Shown here: positions 36,275 to 51,495 of the stretch, one piece after another | How positions within the stretch are numbered: position 1 is the stretch's first letter | Layout of the letters: each line of letters starts with the position of its first letter | Origin: Paraspadella gotoi | Lineage: Eukaryota; Animalia; Chaetognatha | Direction: 5' to 3' | NCBI GenBank assembly: GCA_051294375.1 | Contig: CM119268.1 | Span: 8,165,684-8,229,467 of the forward strand | DNA length: 63,784 nucleotides | Program-made: the position numbers and the translations under genes | Notes under the pieces: model-generated | What the model saw: the letters and a program-made list of their open reading frames with translations, nothing else | The model's database searches: none | What the model was told of the DNA's origin: nothing

Positions 36275-39200
36275 CAAAAAGTTTTTAAAATTGGGCCAAG
36301 TTAATCGAAGATATGGACTGGGATCGACATAACTTTCAGATTCAAATGCACATTCATTCCATAAAATTCTATAAAAATATTTTCTTTCGACACCTTACCT
36401 TTTGTGTCATCATCTACTCGACCAGGGATCTCCAGTTGGAACGTGCCAAGTAAGGCATCCCATCTTGAAATTTCCCACTCGAATCCAGATTCACACTTTT
36501 GATACGTCGCATCACCATAGTTTATTATTTTCCGTTAGGTAATTATCAAAATTATCAAATGAAATTTGTCATTATTGTAACTGAAGCTTAAAATAAATAA
36601 CGAGATTTATTAAATTCGGCAATTAAACCAAACTATAATTTTGGGTGAGTGAATTTGATTTCTCAATGTTGATAAGATTACAGAGGTAGAAATTTTTGAA
36701 AAACAGATAAAATTGTTGTTTTTTTAAACCGCACATTGAGAAATTTCTTTCGGTAAAATTCAAAACTTTTTCACGCGAGAAAATCAGATTTCAATTTTTG
36801 TTTCTCTCTTCAGTTTTTGAGCGATGAGAACATAAACTGTGATAATGAGTCAGTAAGAACTCGTCCTCGATTCAACTTTGTCTTCGGTTATAATTAAGTC
36901 GAATTCGGATTAAAATTTACGACACAGTTAAAATAAAAGAAAATCCTTGTAACGAGATTTAAAAAGCAATATCATCTCCGAACCTCGGAGAAAAAAAGTT
37001 TTATAGTTTATACGAATTACATATTGAAACCGGCAAGGCGATTCCAAAAAGTTTATTAGTTTATTACGAATTATATAGTTGAACCACGGCAGGCGATTCC
37101 AAAAAGTTTTATTAGTTTATACGAATTACATAGTTCAAACCCGGGCAGGCATCCATCGACCATGAACTTGGTCCTTAACACACTTCAACTCTGGGATACG
37201 CAAAAAATACTTCTTGTTTTTAACGGTCAACTTTGGTCGTAGAATTCGAATTTTGGATTATCTTGAAGTATCAATTATAATCTGATTGTTGATGTGAGTT
37301 CGTCACTGTTTTTGTCATAAGATTTTAGCAAGGACATGACATTTTGTTTAGGATAAGCCATTGATAAAAAAAAATAATATTTAAATTAAACATTAACAGT
37401 AATAACGAAACCCGAGCCTTTTAAACAATTTGTTAGTGTCATTGTTCACAATCAAAAAAGTCTCTCGAGGGTATATTTTTTATACTTTCATTATAAAGAT
37501 AATCCGCCTTTTTGATTTGAAGTCTTTTGTCATTTGTTGGAATTTCCCTGCCAGGAGAGACACGGACGATAAAAATAGAAGAATCAGTTAAAGATGGAAA
37601 TCATATTATGGCAGACCTGACGAGATGACCAATGCCTAACGTCTATGTGACATCCAATTCAGGGATGGGCGAATTCGCCACTGTGGTCACGTCTGGCGTA
37701 GGGAGGCGCACGCGACAGGGTACACTGATTCAAGCGGACTTATTACGATAACACTAAATAATTCACGTCCTTCACGTCCTCCTATGTATTAAAATTGGAA
37801 GTGAGTGACTGTTAAGTCGGTTCATTGTTTAAAATTTCTGGACGGAATATTTAAAAAAAACATGGCGGTACATGTTCCAATTGTTCTTCTGTAAACAAAT
37901 TACAGAGACCATTGGCAGAAGTCCTTTACAAAACAGAACTCCCGGTCCAAACCCCAGTTGGTGCCTCGTCTGTCCCACTTCCTCGATCCATCTGTTTACA
38001 CTTCCAGCGTACCATTGATTCAGCCGTCTTCGTCGCCACTGAAGCGACACCAAGCGAACAACGACGAGACACAAATGATATACAACAACGTCGTCATGAA
38101 ATGGATATGGCTACGAAGCTCTTCCCACACGAGTTTGACTTGTGTTATTCCTTTTTTTTTTTTTTTTGCTATTCGTTACACGTAACAAAACAATCATCGA
38201 CCGACCAAATGAGCAACCAACTTTCTAATTACCAAATCATAATCTTATAGCCTTTATCGAGTCTAAATTAGATAAACTGATTGACAAATAAGTTAAGAAC
38301 AACTGAAAACTAATAGAGGAAAATCACCAACAACCAAGCTTCGCCCACTTATATGCAAAAAAAAAAAAAAAACAAAAAATTAAAAAAATAAAAGAGCGCC
38401 AAATCTGGGGCTTAAACGGTTTTTAATTTAGGTGAGAGTTCGGTGTTGATAAGACATAGGGCTTGACGATAACGAGTACGAGAAGATGATGATGTGGAAA
38501 AAAAGACGACGACGACGACGACGAAGACGACGACAGTAATTACGAAGTATTGGGCGACGAAGAAGACGACGACGACAACGACGACCGTAACGACGTGAGA
38601 TAAATCAGCGTGAGACTAGTAAGAACCTCGACAACGAATTCTCCAAAGGCCTTGCGTCTCCTTGCGTCGCTTTGCACCTCCCAGCATCGGTTTGCATCTC
38701 CCCGCATCGCCCTTATTCGATTCTGCATCGACCTTTATCGCCTTGAAGCGGGTTACATCGCATTGCAACTCCCTGTGTGTCGTATTTGATCGATTTTGAA
38801 TCGCTTTCCATCGCCAGTAGCCTTCTATCGATTTGCGTCGCATTGCATCGTATTCCGAAGCTTTAACACTAATAATCCGCTCTCGTTGTCCTCTATGCTC
38901 GCCTTGAAGCGAATTTCATTGCCTTCCATGTTTTTTCGTCCCTTTGCTTGCCTTATATTTTCTCACTCTAGACCCAGCTGTAACCACTACACATTGAAGC
39001 CATAGTAGGTGGACAGCAGCAAAATTCATACAACCTGGCTACCTAGCTGTAACCATACACATTGAGCCATAGTAAGGTGGACAGCAGAGATTCATACAAC
39101 CTGGCTACCTAGCTGTAACCACTACACATTGAAGCCTAGTAAGTGTGGACAGCAGAAAATTTCATACAGCCTCGCTACCCAGCCGTAACCTCTATGTTGA

Positions 39201-41634
39201 TATGATTATGATTATTTTAGCTGATCGAATTTCACTCTTACAATTTACATGAACATTCTCATTAAATCTTTTATTTTTTTTCCTTATTTCTCCCCCCTTC
39301 TTTTTTCCATTTTTTCTTTCATGCGCCTTGCCTATCCTCGCCCTCTATCGTCTACCCTGGACATGCATACCTTACATAGTTTGCCTTGCCCAATTGCCTC
39401 TACATACTTTTTCATCCTCTCTCCACGCCGATTGGCTTTCATCGCTTTCAATACTTTTTCGCTTTACTTTTTTTTCTTCTCATATTTCCTTCTTCCTTTC
39501 TTTCTTTAATTTTGTGGTTTTCTTCTTCTTTCTGTTCTTTTTTAAAACGTTTTACATGTATGTACGTATCTGTTGGTCGTCATCAAACGTTGTACACACA
39601 CAACAAACACCCTGTTTTTTGAATAATTGAAAATTAACGGGTGCTAACAAAATTTTTTCAACCAAAATATAATAACAGAAGAATAAAAAATATGTCCGAA
39701 GAAACTAAAGCAAAAAAGAAAAAAAAGAAGTAAAAAAAAAAAAAAGGAGAAAAAAGGAAAACATGAAAGGTGGGAACGAAGAAATTCAGTAAGAGGAATT
39801 GAATCGGCAACGTGAATAGAAAATCTCCATTGGACGCCCCTCCACACCCCAGTTCAGTGTTCACCCATGAACCTCCTGTGGATGTCTTCACTCCTCATTA
39901 TCTCACCACTAACCTCCTCTTTTTCTATTATGCCGATTGCAGAAACCGGGAGGGGGACGGGGTCGGTAACAGTTGCAAAAAATGAATTTACAGAATTTTC
40001 GCTTTTTAAACATAAAAAACAAAAAAAACATATACCCGCGAAATTACGCGGTTTTCATTTCTCCAAACTCAACCCAGCCCTCCTAGCCGTCCCCGTTCGT
40101 CAGTTCTACGGGTCTACGAAAAAAAAACAAACAAATATTTTCTTTTTTTTCCTCCTAAGATCGAGAGCGCGCTTACTTTTTCCCCCTACATTTTTTTTTT
40201 AATGTTTTGAAATTCTGGACCCGACACGAGTTAGTTTCAAAGCCATGAAATTAACGAGGGATTTATTTTCCTTTACGCTCGCGAGGAAAAGAGAAAAACC
40301 AGACGAACGACCGACGGGGCGGGGAGGGGGGGGCGGGGAGGGGGGGAAGACGCGTCAAACCGTGCGAAGTTTCTTTTTTCTTTTTTTTTTTTTTTTCCCA
40401 AAAAGTCTGAGAAGAAAAATGACGCCGGTGAGTTACGTCTTAAGGAGATGCTGCACCCGGAGCGTCTGGTTGAAGAGATGCCAGCATCATAGTGTAACTG
40501 ATGTCTGAGCCATGGCGGCGACCCATCGAGAGTTGGTTTAAAATGCACAATCAAAGGTTATCTAGCTCGCGAGCGTCTGGGAAAACCAGCACAATAGGCG
40601 GAGAGGGCCAGGGGAGGAGAGCGGGGAGGAGAGCTCGACCACGTCGAGTTGTCTAAACAAAGATTATGTAAATTAAATTTAAGAAAATAAATATAATCTC
40701 TTCTGTCAATGAACATCATTTTTTTTGCATATCAAAGTAGTAGAAAAACATAACTATCACTCTTGCCTGAGCACCACAAGAGGCGCTGAGAGGAATATGT
40801 CAACTATTTCACAGAAAAAAAAACAAAGAACAACGAATGTGCTCGTTGTAGTTTAAAATATTATCTGGCTTGGGGCAAAAAATCTTAATTTCCAGTTCTC
40901 TATGACTAGAGCAGCAGAGGTGCTTTACTCTTCATTTCGTTTCCGAAAAAAAAAAGATAACAATATTAACGAAGGAAGGTATAATACAGAAAAATGGATC
41001 AAAACTATCATCATGTCAAGAAATAGAACATTTAGATATTTCTTTTTGTATGTTTTACAGGGAAAACACGGACGGGGACATGGTTTTATTGTACTAGTAA
41101 CAAAACTACGCATATGTACAAAAACGTTTTTCCCCCAAAAAATGACACTACATAAAAGACGCCTTTAAACTACAATATGAATTTGAGAGGGAGAGATCAC
41201 AAAATGTTAGAATCATGAGTTTTCTTTTGTTTTTTTTTTTTTGTTGTTTGTTTTTATTATATTTTTTGTAATTTAACGGACAACTCGTATATGGATAAAA
41301 CTTCTGCACAAATCACGACAATGAGAGGTTTAGTTTCTTTTCTAAATTTGAGGAAATAATTTCGAGCCGTGACGTATCGAGAAAAAAATTTCCATTCAAT
41401 GATTGAAGCCTTTTCGAGTACGTTATTCCATAAGAAATTATGAAAGAATTGTTTTCATCAAAATGAGCGAGCAAGAAAGCAATCGATCGACGGACATAAC
41501 GTACTAAAGAGCGTAAAAAAGTTTTGTTTTGGTTGTATTAATTATAAATTATTACAAACAGTAGTAAATTTTTTTCGGCAGCCAAACGGATCAGATATAT
41601 TCCTACAATTTTTTTCAAGAGAGAGAAGAGGAGA

Positions 41635-41708
<74 letters not shown>

Positions 41709-41960
41709 AGAGAAGAAGAGAGAGAGAGGAGAAGAGAGAAAGAGAGAGAGAGGAGTAGATATTTAGCAATAACAAAATTCGACTGATGTACACGATATAA
41801 AAAAAGATTCTTCAGAATTTTTACTATAAGTTAATTTTTTTTTTTATAAAAACACAAAAAAGTTGAGTATCTAAGACTGTGTGATCAGACGTACGTTACG
41901 AGCGATTAAAAAAAATGGCGAATTCACTTTGAAATTTTTTAACTCTTTACTTTCATGAAG
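36275..41960. repeat. Duplicate copy B of 28633-34010
   Basis: Colinear with copy A, indel-rich, and ends at an N gap. Confidence 0.9.
36399..36518 (-). pseudogene. Frameshifted duplicate of exon 1 of the DUF3445/HDOD-like gene
   Basis: Copy of 28756-28878 with several indels and no downstream exons; it lies within duplicate block B. Confidence 0.6.
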
Positions 41961-44679
41961 NNNNNNNNNNNNNNNNNNNNNNNNNCGACAAAGGGCTCAG
42001 AGATGCGCACGAAATGGCTAATGACAATTTCTGCGCAATCTTGTTGGCAATTTTTGTGGCAAACTTCTGAAATCGTAAAGATTCGTAATTATCCTCATTT
42101 CCCGATATTTGCAATAAGGCTAAGGTTGGGATAAACATAGGTAATCTTGTTCTATTTGTTTGTCTATTCTTATTAATTTTTTATTACAAAGTAAACTAGC
42201 TTCTATTCGTTTTGGTTTTGTTTTTTTTTTTTTTATATCGACGCACGATTTATTGTACGACTTTCTTTGTCCTTCCAATAATCTCGCCATAATGTATAAC
42301 CCATTAACTCATTTCTTTGTTTTTTACTCTGCTGTCTTTCCCAATGACAGATGGCCCGTGCAAGGGCTACCTCGAACCATACCTAACCACATCATAATGA
42401 ACCGTGCCCCCCTGAATCAAAACGATCTCAATCCACCGCTCAAACTCTCACCTCATTCCTATTAGCATCAATAAATTAACTTATTAACCATCAATCACAT
42501 TATATCTCCTTAATCAATTTACTATTACATCAACAATCTTTATCTCATATCATTCTTTTTTTCTTTCCTGTTTTTTTTTCATTTAATTTTCTATGATAGT
42601 TCTCTCTCCTCTCATCTTCATTCTTTTACTATTTTTTTATTTTATTCCCTTCTCTCTCTCTCTCTCTCACTCTCTCACTAAAAACTTTTATATCAATCTT
42701 CTTCCTTACTTTTTTCCTACCCACACACAAAATTTCAGACTCCCAATCTATCCTCCAATTTATAATTAATTTAGTATTTATTATTAAAATAATTAAAAAT
42801 ATTTTATTAAATTCTACTTATTTTTTTCCATTTAAAACTAATTTGCACTCACACGTTATTCCATCTTAAATTTTATATCCATTCTTTTATCACAACTTTC
42901 CTACCCCACACACAAAATTCTAATTCCAATCCAACCATCCAATTCACGCATTTATTATCCTTATTTTTCCTAATATAACTACTGATCCTGGTGATCATTC
43001 CATTAATAATGATTAGACAGTAATACGTTTAACATATGAATGTATGGTTATGAATGTGATATAGTGTAGGACGAGTGTATGTATGAGATCGGAGTAAATT
43101 GTGACTTAGGTATATATTAATACGATCGCGATGCATGTAAAAGCATATATAGAGTAAAGTATATATATATATATCTATATATCTAATCTAGTGAAATTAT
43201 ATTATATATATATCATATACTTATTATCTAATGATAAACCTCAACTGTTTGCCGGACCTCTATATATATATATAACCTAATATTGTTCTCACAGCCAGGC
43301 AATCTAACCTACCCACATACAAAAACCTTCGATCCCTACAGAAGTCGATAGCTACCTGGCATATAAAAGAAATCTGAAAAATCGAAACACAAATGCCTAG
43401 TAACAATAACAATATGCTCATTATCAATTTTTTCCAAATATATTGATATAAGTACCGTTTTAATTTATAATTATGCCATTTAAGATCATCTATCTATCTA
43501 CATTAACCCATAATAATAGCTCTATCTTATAAGAACTAATATCATTTATATCCATCAGCTCAAAAAATGCGCACAGCCCAATCAATTATCTCCATGAATC
43601 CACACCACACCATTAATTATATCAATTTTTGTAAATTGCGCATCACATAATCCTACACTATAGAAATATATATGTTATTTGGAATTATCGTCTAATATCT
43701 ACTTAGAACTTTTACTATAAAAGCTTATCTGTCTACATACATACTTACTCTTTTATCTACCTATTGACACTGTTCTTTTTTAAATTAAATTATATATTAC
43801 AGTCTTCAGATTCCACTAAAAAGATTTATTCAAAAGTAGCTATTATATTAATTTAAGAATATATCTTAATTATTTTTAATATGAAGAATGACTTATAATT
43901 TAATTTCGTAAAAAACAATTTTTGTGTCAGAATTTTAGATCTGACTATGAACCAAATATTGAATTTTTGAAAAATCAGATTCAAGGCATTTCAATTTTGA
44001 ACCATCTATGTTTTTCGTTTGATTTTCCTATTTTTATCCTAACACTATAAATAAATATATACTACCCGATATGGTCCGTTCACAGCAACATTTATTATAT
44101 AAATCTTATTTACAGATATGAATCTCCTTTATCCATTCAGTTAGTAATTTAAATGTTCTAAATATAAAAACAGAAAACAAATGACTTTCATTAAAATGTA
44201 ATTCTAACTAAGACTTCAAAATATAAAACATCTACTTGATCTTCTACATTCACACAAAATATTATGGTGTGGATAATAAATTTATAACAAAAACAAGCAC
44301 GGTATTGTACCATCTCACAAATATTGAAAAATGATTATTTTTTTCAACATAAATTTCACTGTAGACAAACCCAACAATGTATCACTACTATATGAAAACT
44401 ACCTCATTATATAGATTTTAATATTAAACCTACCAGTGTTTATTTCTGTCTACATATTTTTTGCTTTTCATTTTAATAAAATAATTCTATGATGTGATAC
44501 ATTTTGTTTACCAATAAAGCATTTCTATAGTCTTTCCTTTTCCAAATCGAAAGAATAACAAAAAAATAATATCCTCATGAAAATTTTAACTCCAAAAAAT
44601 GTTATACTTTAACTAGGTTTTAAAACAAATCCTGTCTTAAACATTTGTGGATTAAAATTTAGAAACTAGTTCAGAAATT

Positions 44680-46150
44680 GCCCTATGATAGGGCTTAATT
44701 TGTACCTTGCCCACCATCCATTCTTTTCTTTTCAAAAGTTATGCAAAAAAAAATAAACTTTATCATCGGTAACTAAGGATTTGAACTCCGCTAGTACAAT
44801 CTTTGTAATATTGCAAAGCGGAGTATCTCAAGTTATCCCATTTGTATTATACCTAAATTCAAAAAAAACTAAAGAAAAATTTTTTATCATCTAGAGACAT
44901 ATCACTTTCAGTGACCCATCGTCTTACTCATATGGCTGTATGTAAGAATCAGAGAAACATAGTTATCTCGTCCAAATTTCAACTACTGTATCATGTCAAG
45001 ACCGAATCATTTGCATATTCCAGCATAACGTCAGGAAGGATGGCTTTATTAGTACAATCGTCAGACAAAGTAATCAATGACGATAATTTTTTTCTTCATC
45101 ACATAAATTATGCGTGATCTGTCTCTGCTGTAGTATTTTGGTAATATTTTACAGATTGTAAATACCTGAATCATGACGCTAGTGCCGATGGATCATCATA
45201 TCACAATAGCTCTGGGCCATTCTCTGCAAATGAAAAAAAAAAGTCTTATAATTCTTCATGTCTCCCCGATTTTTAAGTCACAGCAATCTTTCTCCTATCT
45301 ACCTTTTAGTAAATTCCATTTCAAACCTGTTGTATGGCGAAACCGTAACCGATTGTATGCTGAGTTTCGATGAAATAAAATGCTGCATGTGAATGAAATA
45401 TTTCCATCACGCACGCTTCCAGCCTTCTCTGCCAATTTAATTTCCCGAGATCGTTGTGAACCAAGCATATGAATCCATATAGTGCCAACACAACAGCTAA
45501 AAAGTTATGATTATTGAGTTTTAAGAAGCCTTAAAGCATTACATATTCTATATTTTAAAAGAACCTCATTCGCGAGACCTCACCTCCCACGAAGCTCGCA
45601 AAAAAATGAAGAAACTCCAGCGCACCGGGATGTATAGCGTGTTAAGATGTTTCTTCCTGGATGTACAATGAGACAACGTTGCACTCCCGTTCTTGAAGGA
45701 CAAGCCGCTTCATTGTCCTTCTATCTCCGATTTCCCCGGCGAAGCTTTCGTCGATGTCACAGGTATCATTTTTGAATCGTACGTAGGCGTGGGCCGAGCG
45801 GCTCGTGAGAACGACGATGAACTCAGGTCTTCCTCGAAGTGGGCGACAACGCCGCCGACCCCGGCCGACGCCGTCCCGTTGCGGACGATGACGAGCACTT
45901 GCCGTCTTAGCGCCACTCCTCGGTAGGGCGGCCGTATCTTGTTCTGTAGTCGGCGATTGCCGCCCGGCGCCGACCATTCCGACGCCCACGTCGGCACAGG
46001 ATTGACTTGCTCCACGAAAGTAACCCATGTGATTGAGAGTCGCTGGGCGCGCGACGACGACCGCATGCGCCAAAATCCACGCCATAGCGAGGAGCCGTTG
46101 AGACGCAGCGATTTTGGCGCTCGCGGTGAGTTTAATGCCCCCACCGCGCA
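44680..46150 (-). CDS. Inward-rectifier potassium channel (Kir/KCNJ family) with many frameshifts in this assembly; ends approximate
   Basis: The minus strand gives KRLVL..ECNV (~45710-45675), an RWSFFIF-like M1 entry and the pore signature IETQHTIGYGF (45371-45339). CP-AI/M2-like sequence follows after an intron, then degraded cytoplasmic-domain remnants. GT-AG introns lie at ~45583-45497 and ~45326-45224. Confidence 0.8.
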
Positions 46151-49100
46151 CACGTTCGGCTTCCCCGCGCGGGGTGCGTGCGTTCGGCGACCAAAAACTT
46201 CCGGCGCGAACCGAGGACTGTTTTTCTGGCGTCCCGAAACAGTTATTGATTATCAGGCGTCCGGACTTGAGGCGAGGCGAATTCCGGCGTTCGAATTGAG
46301 TCGAATTCCACGTCCGACAGGTTCGGCGTCCGCGATTGGAGAGTTAATGGTTAAACGATTTCCTCGTATGGGGAGTTCTGTGTGCGATGCGTCGTCGGGC
46401 TGGATGGAGTTTTGAGGGTGTTTCGAAGTTGGGAGAAGAGGACAAAAATGGAAATGAAGAAAATAAATGGTTGCATGTTGCAAAGGGCGTCGCTTTATTT
46501 TGACTATGTTTATCGAATTCCTCCCCGCCTTCTTTCTTCTCTCCAGATTCTTTTCCAGCATCGACTCTCATCTTAGCGCCAGAGAACAGCTTTTTTCCAG
46601 GTAATGGGCTACACTTTTAAGATGATGCGGAACCGTCTAATCATCCTCGACTCTTTGCCTTTACCGGGCGCGTCTTATTATAGCGCTAAGAGAGAGTCAT
46701 TCTCTCTCGTACGTAATCGAAGCATTATTTAAGACTTCAAATTGCAAATTTACTTGGAGAGAATTTTCGTTAAATTTTTCAAAAATTGCGTTGTAAAAGA
46801 AATTTCAAAAAAACCCCCAAGAGGTCAAAGAGAAAAGAGAGCGCCAAGTATATGAGTTAGAAATTTATTTTCACCAACATCGATCTTTTTTCATGATGAT
46901 TGATGATGAGCTGCTAATGCTGATGATGTGGTATTGATAAACCGCTTTGCAAAAAATATCTCCTACCTGTTAGCAGTTGAACCCCATTCAACCTTCGCTT
47001 GGGCTCAGACCATTTCTACCCTGTTATCTTTATGTTACAATTCACATGCAGCTCCCAACATATCCGGCCGCGATCGTTTAAACTCCTTATTTTTCTCTCT
47101 CACGAGACAAGAAACTTCCTTCCTACCTAGAGTTGCCTGGCGAAACGCCTGTTTTGAAGTATGCGCTCTAAGCAGATGCTGATCTTTTGACCAGCCTTAA
47201 AATTGTTTTAGTGATAGGAATGATAGTGAATGCGACTGAATTCGGTTCTACTAATAATAAAATTATAGATAAATAATTAAATGATTTTAATTAACGTCCT
47301 ATTCGTTTATTGGTGATTTTAAAATTTTACCCTCTCTGAAAATCTGAACTGATCGAACATCTCGCTATTTCGACTCCATAATATGTATTCCCACTATCAG
47401 CTCATGTTTCCTTACCACGTCAAGAAATTCAATAAGACATTATCAAAGTCGAATGAGAGTCTGAGTCTTTGGTCTTCTCCGACCGCGGATTGGGCCGTCG
47501 AAAAATAAGTTTTCTTCGGCATCCTCCATTACCTTCGTTATCGTTTAAACGAAATTCTGGCAATATAACTTTGACTGAGGAAAAAAACCGTTATGGGAGA
47601 TGTTCGTCGCAATCCTTCCTCTCCTCTCTCTATCTTTTCGAGAGTGAGATTGAGAACGGAGCAGAGAATTTGTGGTGATTAGAGAAAAACACGTGTCGGA
47701 GAGAAAAGAAAGCGAGTGTTACGCGAAGAATTTTTTCGTTGCGAAAGAGAGAGTGAGAGATATTTTTTTTTATTGCTGTTCTTTTTTGTGGAAAACAGTT
47801 TCATGCCATCGGCGATTTTTTTCTGGAGAAAAGGGGAGGTAAGATATAAAGAAAGTTTTAGCCAATTCCATCTCATTTCTCATTCTGTTCGAAATTTTAA
47901 ATTGTGTTATTGCTGCGACTTATGTACCTACTAATTTTTGAAAGCCGTTTTTTATGTCTGAGCCTAGCTCATTCACTCTCCCTGTTCAACGTTTTTGGGT
48001 CTTGTCTCCTCTTTTTTTTTCTTCGATGAGTCATCCCTTCTCTTTCAATCTCTTTCTTTACCAGAAAAGTTAGAGGAAAACAGAAGAAAAAAACCACAAA
48101 GAGAAAAAGACACGCCCCTTTTTTTTGTCGAGAAGGCGAAATACGTCATTGTCAACTGAAATGCTCTCTACTCGTGGAATCGGAGGTAATAGCGGGCCCG
48201 AGACCTGAGGACGGTCGGTGGTGTGGTGGGTGCTAACCAGGTCGCATGCAAAGAACGTAAATCAATAAAATATAAAAACGTACATAAGGTCCAAAATTCA
48301 GGCCATAGTAGGCTATGGAAAAAAGGATGAAGATAGGCATAACGGAATAATGGGCTAGAATGAGTATAAGCGCGAATAAGTGATAAGATGAATTATATCA
48401 GGACTCAACAAAAAAGGAAGGAAACGAGGCGAAAAATGGCTAGTCGATGGACGTGACGAGTGGGGAAAAACGTGATGCCAATCGTCCGAGTCAGAAAATC
48501 AACCTAAAATCATACAAAATGAAATAGAGCCGCCCGGCAGGGAGAAATTGAAACGAATGATGCATCGCAGTTCCGGAAAATCAGAAAGGATATCGTCGTG
48601 AATCACCAAGTGAAATGAGGGGGGTAAGGCGAGAAATGAAGTGGAAAAGGGGTAAGAAAAAGGGGCCGTACGCAACACGAGCCGACTGTGCTGACCTCCT
48701 GTAGTAGGTAGGGCCAACACGGGCCGAAAAAGCGCCAAATGCGTCCGGGTCCGACCTGCCACGAACGAAAGAAAGAGGGGGCATGGCTGACGGTATGATT
48801 AAGATGCGTGGGAGTGGATAAAGAAATATAAATAACCCGGGAGTCGAGCGATGAATATATATGGGAAGTCCGGGAGGACCAGCTGAAGCTCGCGTGGGGC
48901 AGAACTGACCACGGGGGAAAAACAACAATGTGGCCCAACATGAACAAGTCTGAAGGCCCCTCGTAGGGCCGGTCCGTATAGATGCAGGGTGGTCAACCTA
49001 AGATCCCCCAACTGCCAAGCAAACTCGTACCTGTAGGCAAAACGACGTCGTGAAACCATCGGGCTATGGAGAAGTAGGACCTGCCGCATCCCCCGAAGGC

Positions 49101-49196
49101 CCGTAGTAACTGCCCGTAAGGCGACTGCCCGAACAGAGATATTCTCCTGGAAGTATGGTCTAACCGGCCTACAATTACAGTAGAGGAATGTTGGCA

Positions 49197-51495
49197 CAAA
49201 AAAAACTTAAGACGATTCAAACAATAAAACAGAAACGAAACGTTGACAACGATTATGGTTAAGCGCAAAACAATCTGCTTTTTTTTCGACATAAAAGATT
49301 TTATATCAAAATAAAAATACCTATTACAACTTTTATATTATCATAAAAGAAAAAGCATTGTATGATAACGATGCTTATGAAACGAATTTTTTTTCACGAG
49401 AAAGAAATAAAAAATGACATTTTCGCTTTCAAACTTCTCTTCAATATTAAAAAAATAATATTTTCTATCATTCACGATGTTTAAATCGTGAGTCTTAACC
49501 ATACGCGGATTCCAAATTCGCACTCTACCGTCGAAACAATCATCTAAAAAACTCAGAAACATTCCGCACCGAGACTTTCATGGTGAGCACAAAAAAAAAA
49601 TCTCACTTATTCCCAAGACGTTTTCTTCGTCACTGCGAGTCAGTGAGAGTCTGTGACCAAAATCACTCTTTTTTTTTTTTTTAGTCCGGAATCTTTGATT
49701 TTCGGCGATGGAATAAAAATATTTATCTCAATGGAATCCGTAGATTCGGGAGACGCGACGAGGCGAAAGGAAAATGCGAACTTTTAAAAGAAAATAAATC
49801 CAGTCGGTGGTTCGACTGCATCTCTCTCTCTATCTCTTTCTCTCCAGTCGAGAGAGAGAGAGAGAGTGCTTCGCGAAACCACCTCTTCATCTCCAGCACT
49901 CCTTCCCCCCCATCGCTACCACCACAACCCACCTTGCTTTTCCCGCTTTGTCCCCCTCCCTCCTCCAGGTGTTCACCCTCTCCCCGGTATCAAATGTGCT
50001 TTGCGGCGAATCCGCCCATGAGGCGATAGACCGCCTGATTGGGCGGCGCGTAGCTGAACGATCCTCTATTGAGATTGGCTCCGCCGTATCCCGCCCTCGC
50101 GGCGTTGGGGGTGTGGCTCCCGGGCGGGACGTAGCTCCCGATGTCACCCACGCTCTTGCGGTAGGAGATTTGGTGCTGCTGCTGGCCCGGGACGCCGCCG
50201 CCGCCGCCGACGCCGCCGGGGTAGCCGAGGGACGGCGGCGCCAGGGACGGCGGCATGGAAGAGTCGCGGACGAAGGGCGCTGCGAATGGGTAAAGGGATT
50301 GGCGGGAGGGCGGGGGAAATCGCCGTTTGATTGATTGATTGATTGAAATTTAATCATAAAATTCATTCATTCATTCATTCTTACTTTCATTCATTCATTC
50401 ATTCATTCATTCATTCATTCATTCATTCATTCAATCATTCATTCATTCATTCATTCAATCATTCATTCAGTCATTCATTCATTCAATCATTCATTCATTC
50501 ATTCATAAATTCATTCATTCATTCATTGATTATTTATTTATTTATTTATTCATTGATTCATTGATTCATTCATTCATTCATTCATTCATTCATTCATTCA
50601 TTCATTCATTCATTCATTCATTTATTCACTCACTCCTATTTATTTATGCCTTTGGTCGCAGGTGACTTCTAGGAGAAAAAAAACTCCTCAACCTCATTAG
50701 ATATAAATGAGATACTTTAATTAAATTGTTATTCCCATCTTATATCGTTAAGGACGTCATTCGTTCTTTAACAACAACTAAGTACAGACTTTCCTGTGGC
50801 AACGACGCTTCGAGAACTGACCGTCTCGACCTCAAAAGTCACCAAGTCATTAAAATCGCACTTTCGTCATTCGACGAAACTTAGTGGCACGGTGTCACGG
50901 GGTGTCACGGTGACACGTTTTCGCCTTCGTCGCCGACATCAAAAGAAAAAAACGTGTCGATCGTGACAAGCGAGAAGAGAGAGATAACGAACAAGTACGT
51001 GATGATGAAGATGATGATGATGATGATGAAGATAATGTGATGATAAAGACGCTCTTGATATTGTGTTTCTAGTATTATTCTTTATCACTTTATAACCACC
51101 AACGGAGAATCTTACGAAACGTTAGCTTTACAATCGAAATAATTATATATAAAATTTATAAATATCAAGTATTTATAATAGCAGGGAAAGGAAAAAGGCG
51201 TTTATAAAACAAGGCCTCGCTTCAACCTGGTCGATAATGAAATAAGATTAGCATAGAAATTTCACTTCTCTCTCTTTTTTTTTCGTCTACTTTTCAGGTC
51301 ATCTTCCTCTTGCATCGAAAAAGTTAGTACAGCTGACTCGCTGAGTAGTACATTTAAGTACATCGGATCGTCAATCTTAACGTGATTCTAGACGGAAAAG
51401 CTTTCGACTTTTATGCATTATAGGGAAAAAATATGAAATAGAGGTTGAGAGAAATGCAGATATGTCAGGTATGGCAGACGGGGCCTCTCCCAATC
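49197..51495. repeat. Duplicate copy C of 34010-36268
   Basis: Resumes where copy B stops (AAAAAAAACTTAAGACGATTC). Confidence 0.9.
49990..50280 (-). CDS. Possible terminal coding exon of an unidentified gene (Pro/Gly/Tyr-rich); noisier copy at ~34800-35072
   Basis: GC-rich ORF (MPPSLAPPSLGYPGG...YRKSVGDIGSY...FAAKHI*) preceded by a pyrimidine tract and CAG, with an intron-like (TGAA)n tract upstream. No family recognised. Confidence 0.35.
   Translation of the reverse strand, partial: APFVRDSSMPPSLAPPSLGYPGGVGGGGGVPGQQQHQISYRKSVGDIGSYVPPGSHTPNAARAGYGGANLNRGSFSYAPPNQAVYRLMGGFAAKHI

Noticed and set aside
48180-49195. Cluster of overlapping 87-132 aa ORFs suggesting a foreign insertion
   Set aside because: No recognisable motif; it adjoins the duplicate junction and looks like low-quality read sequence.
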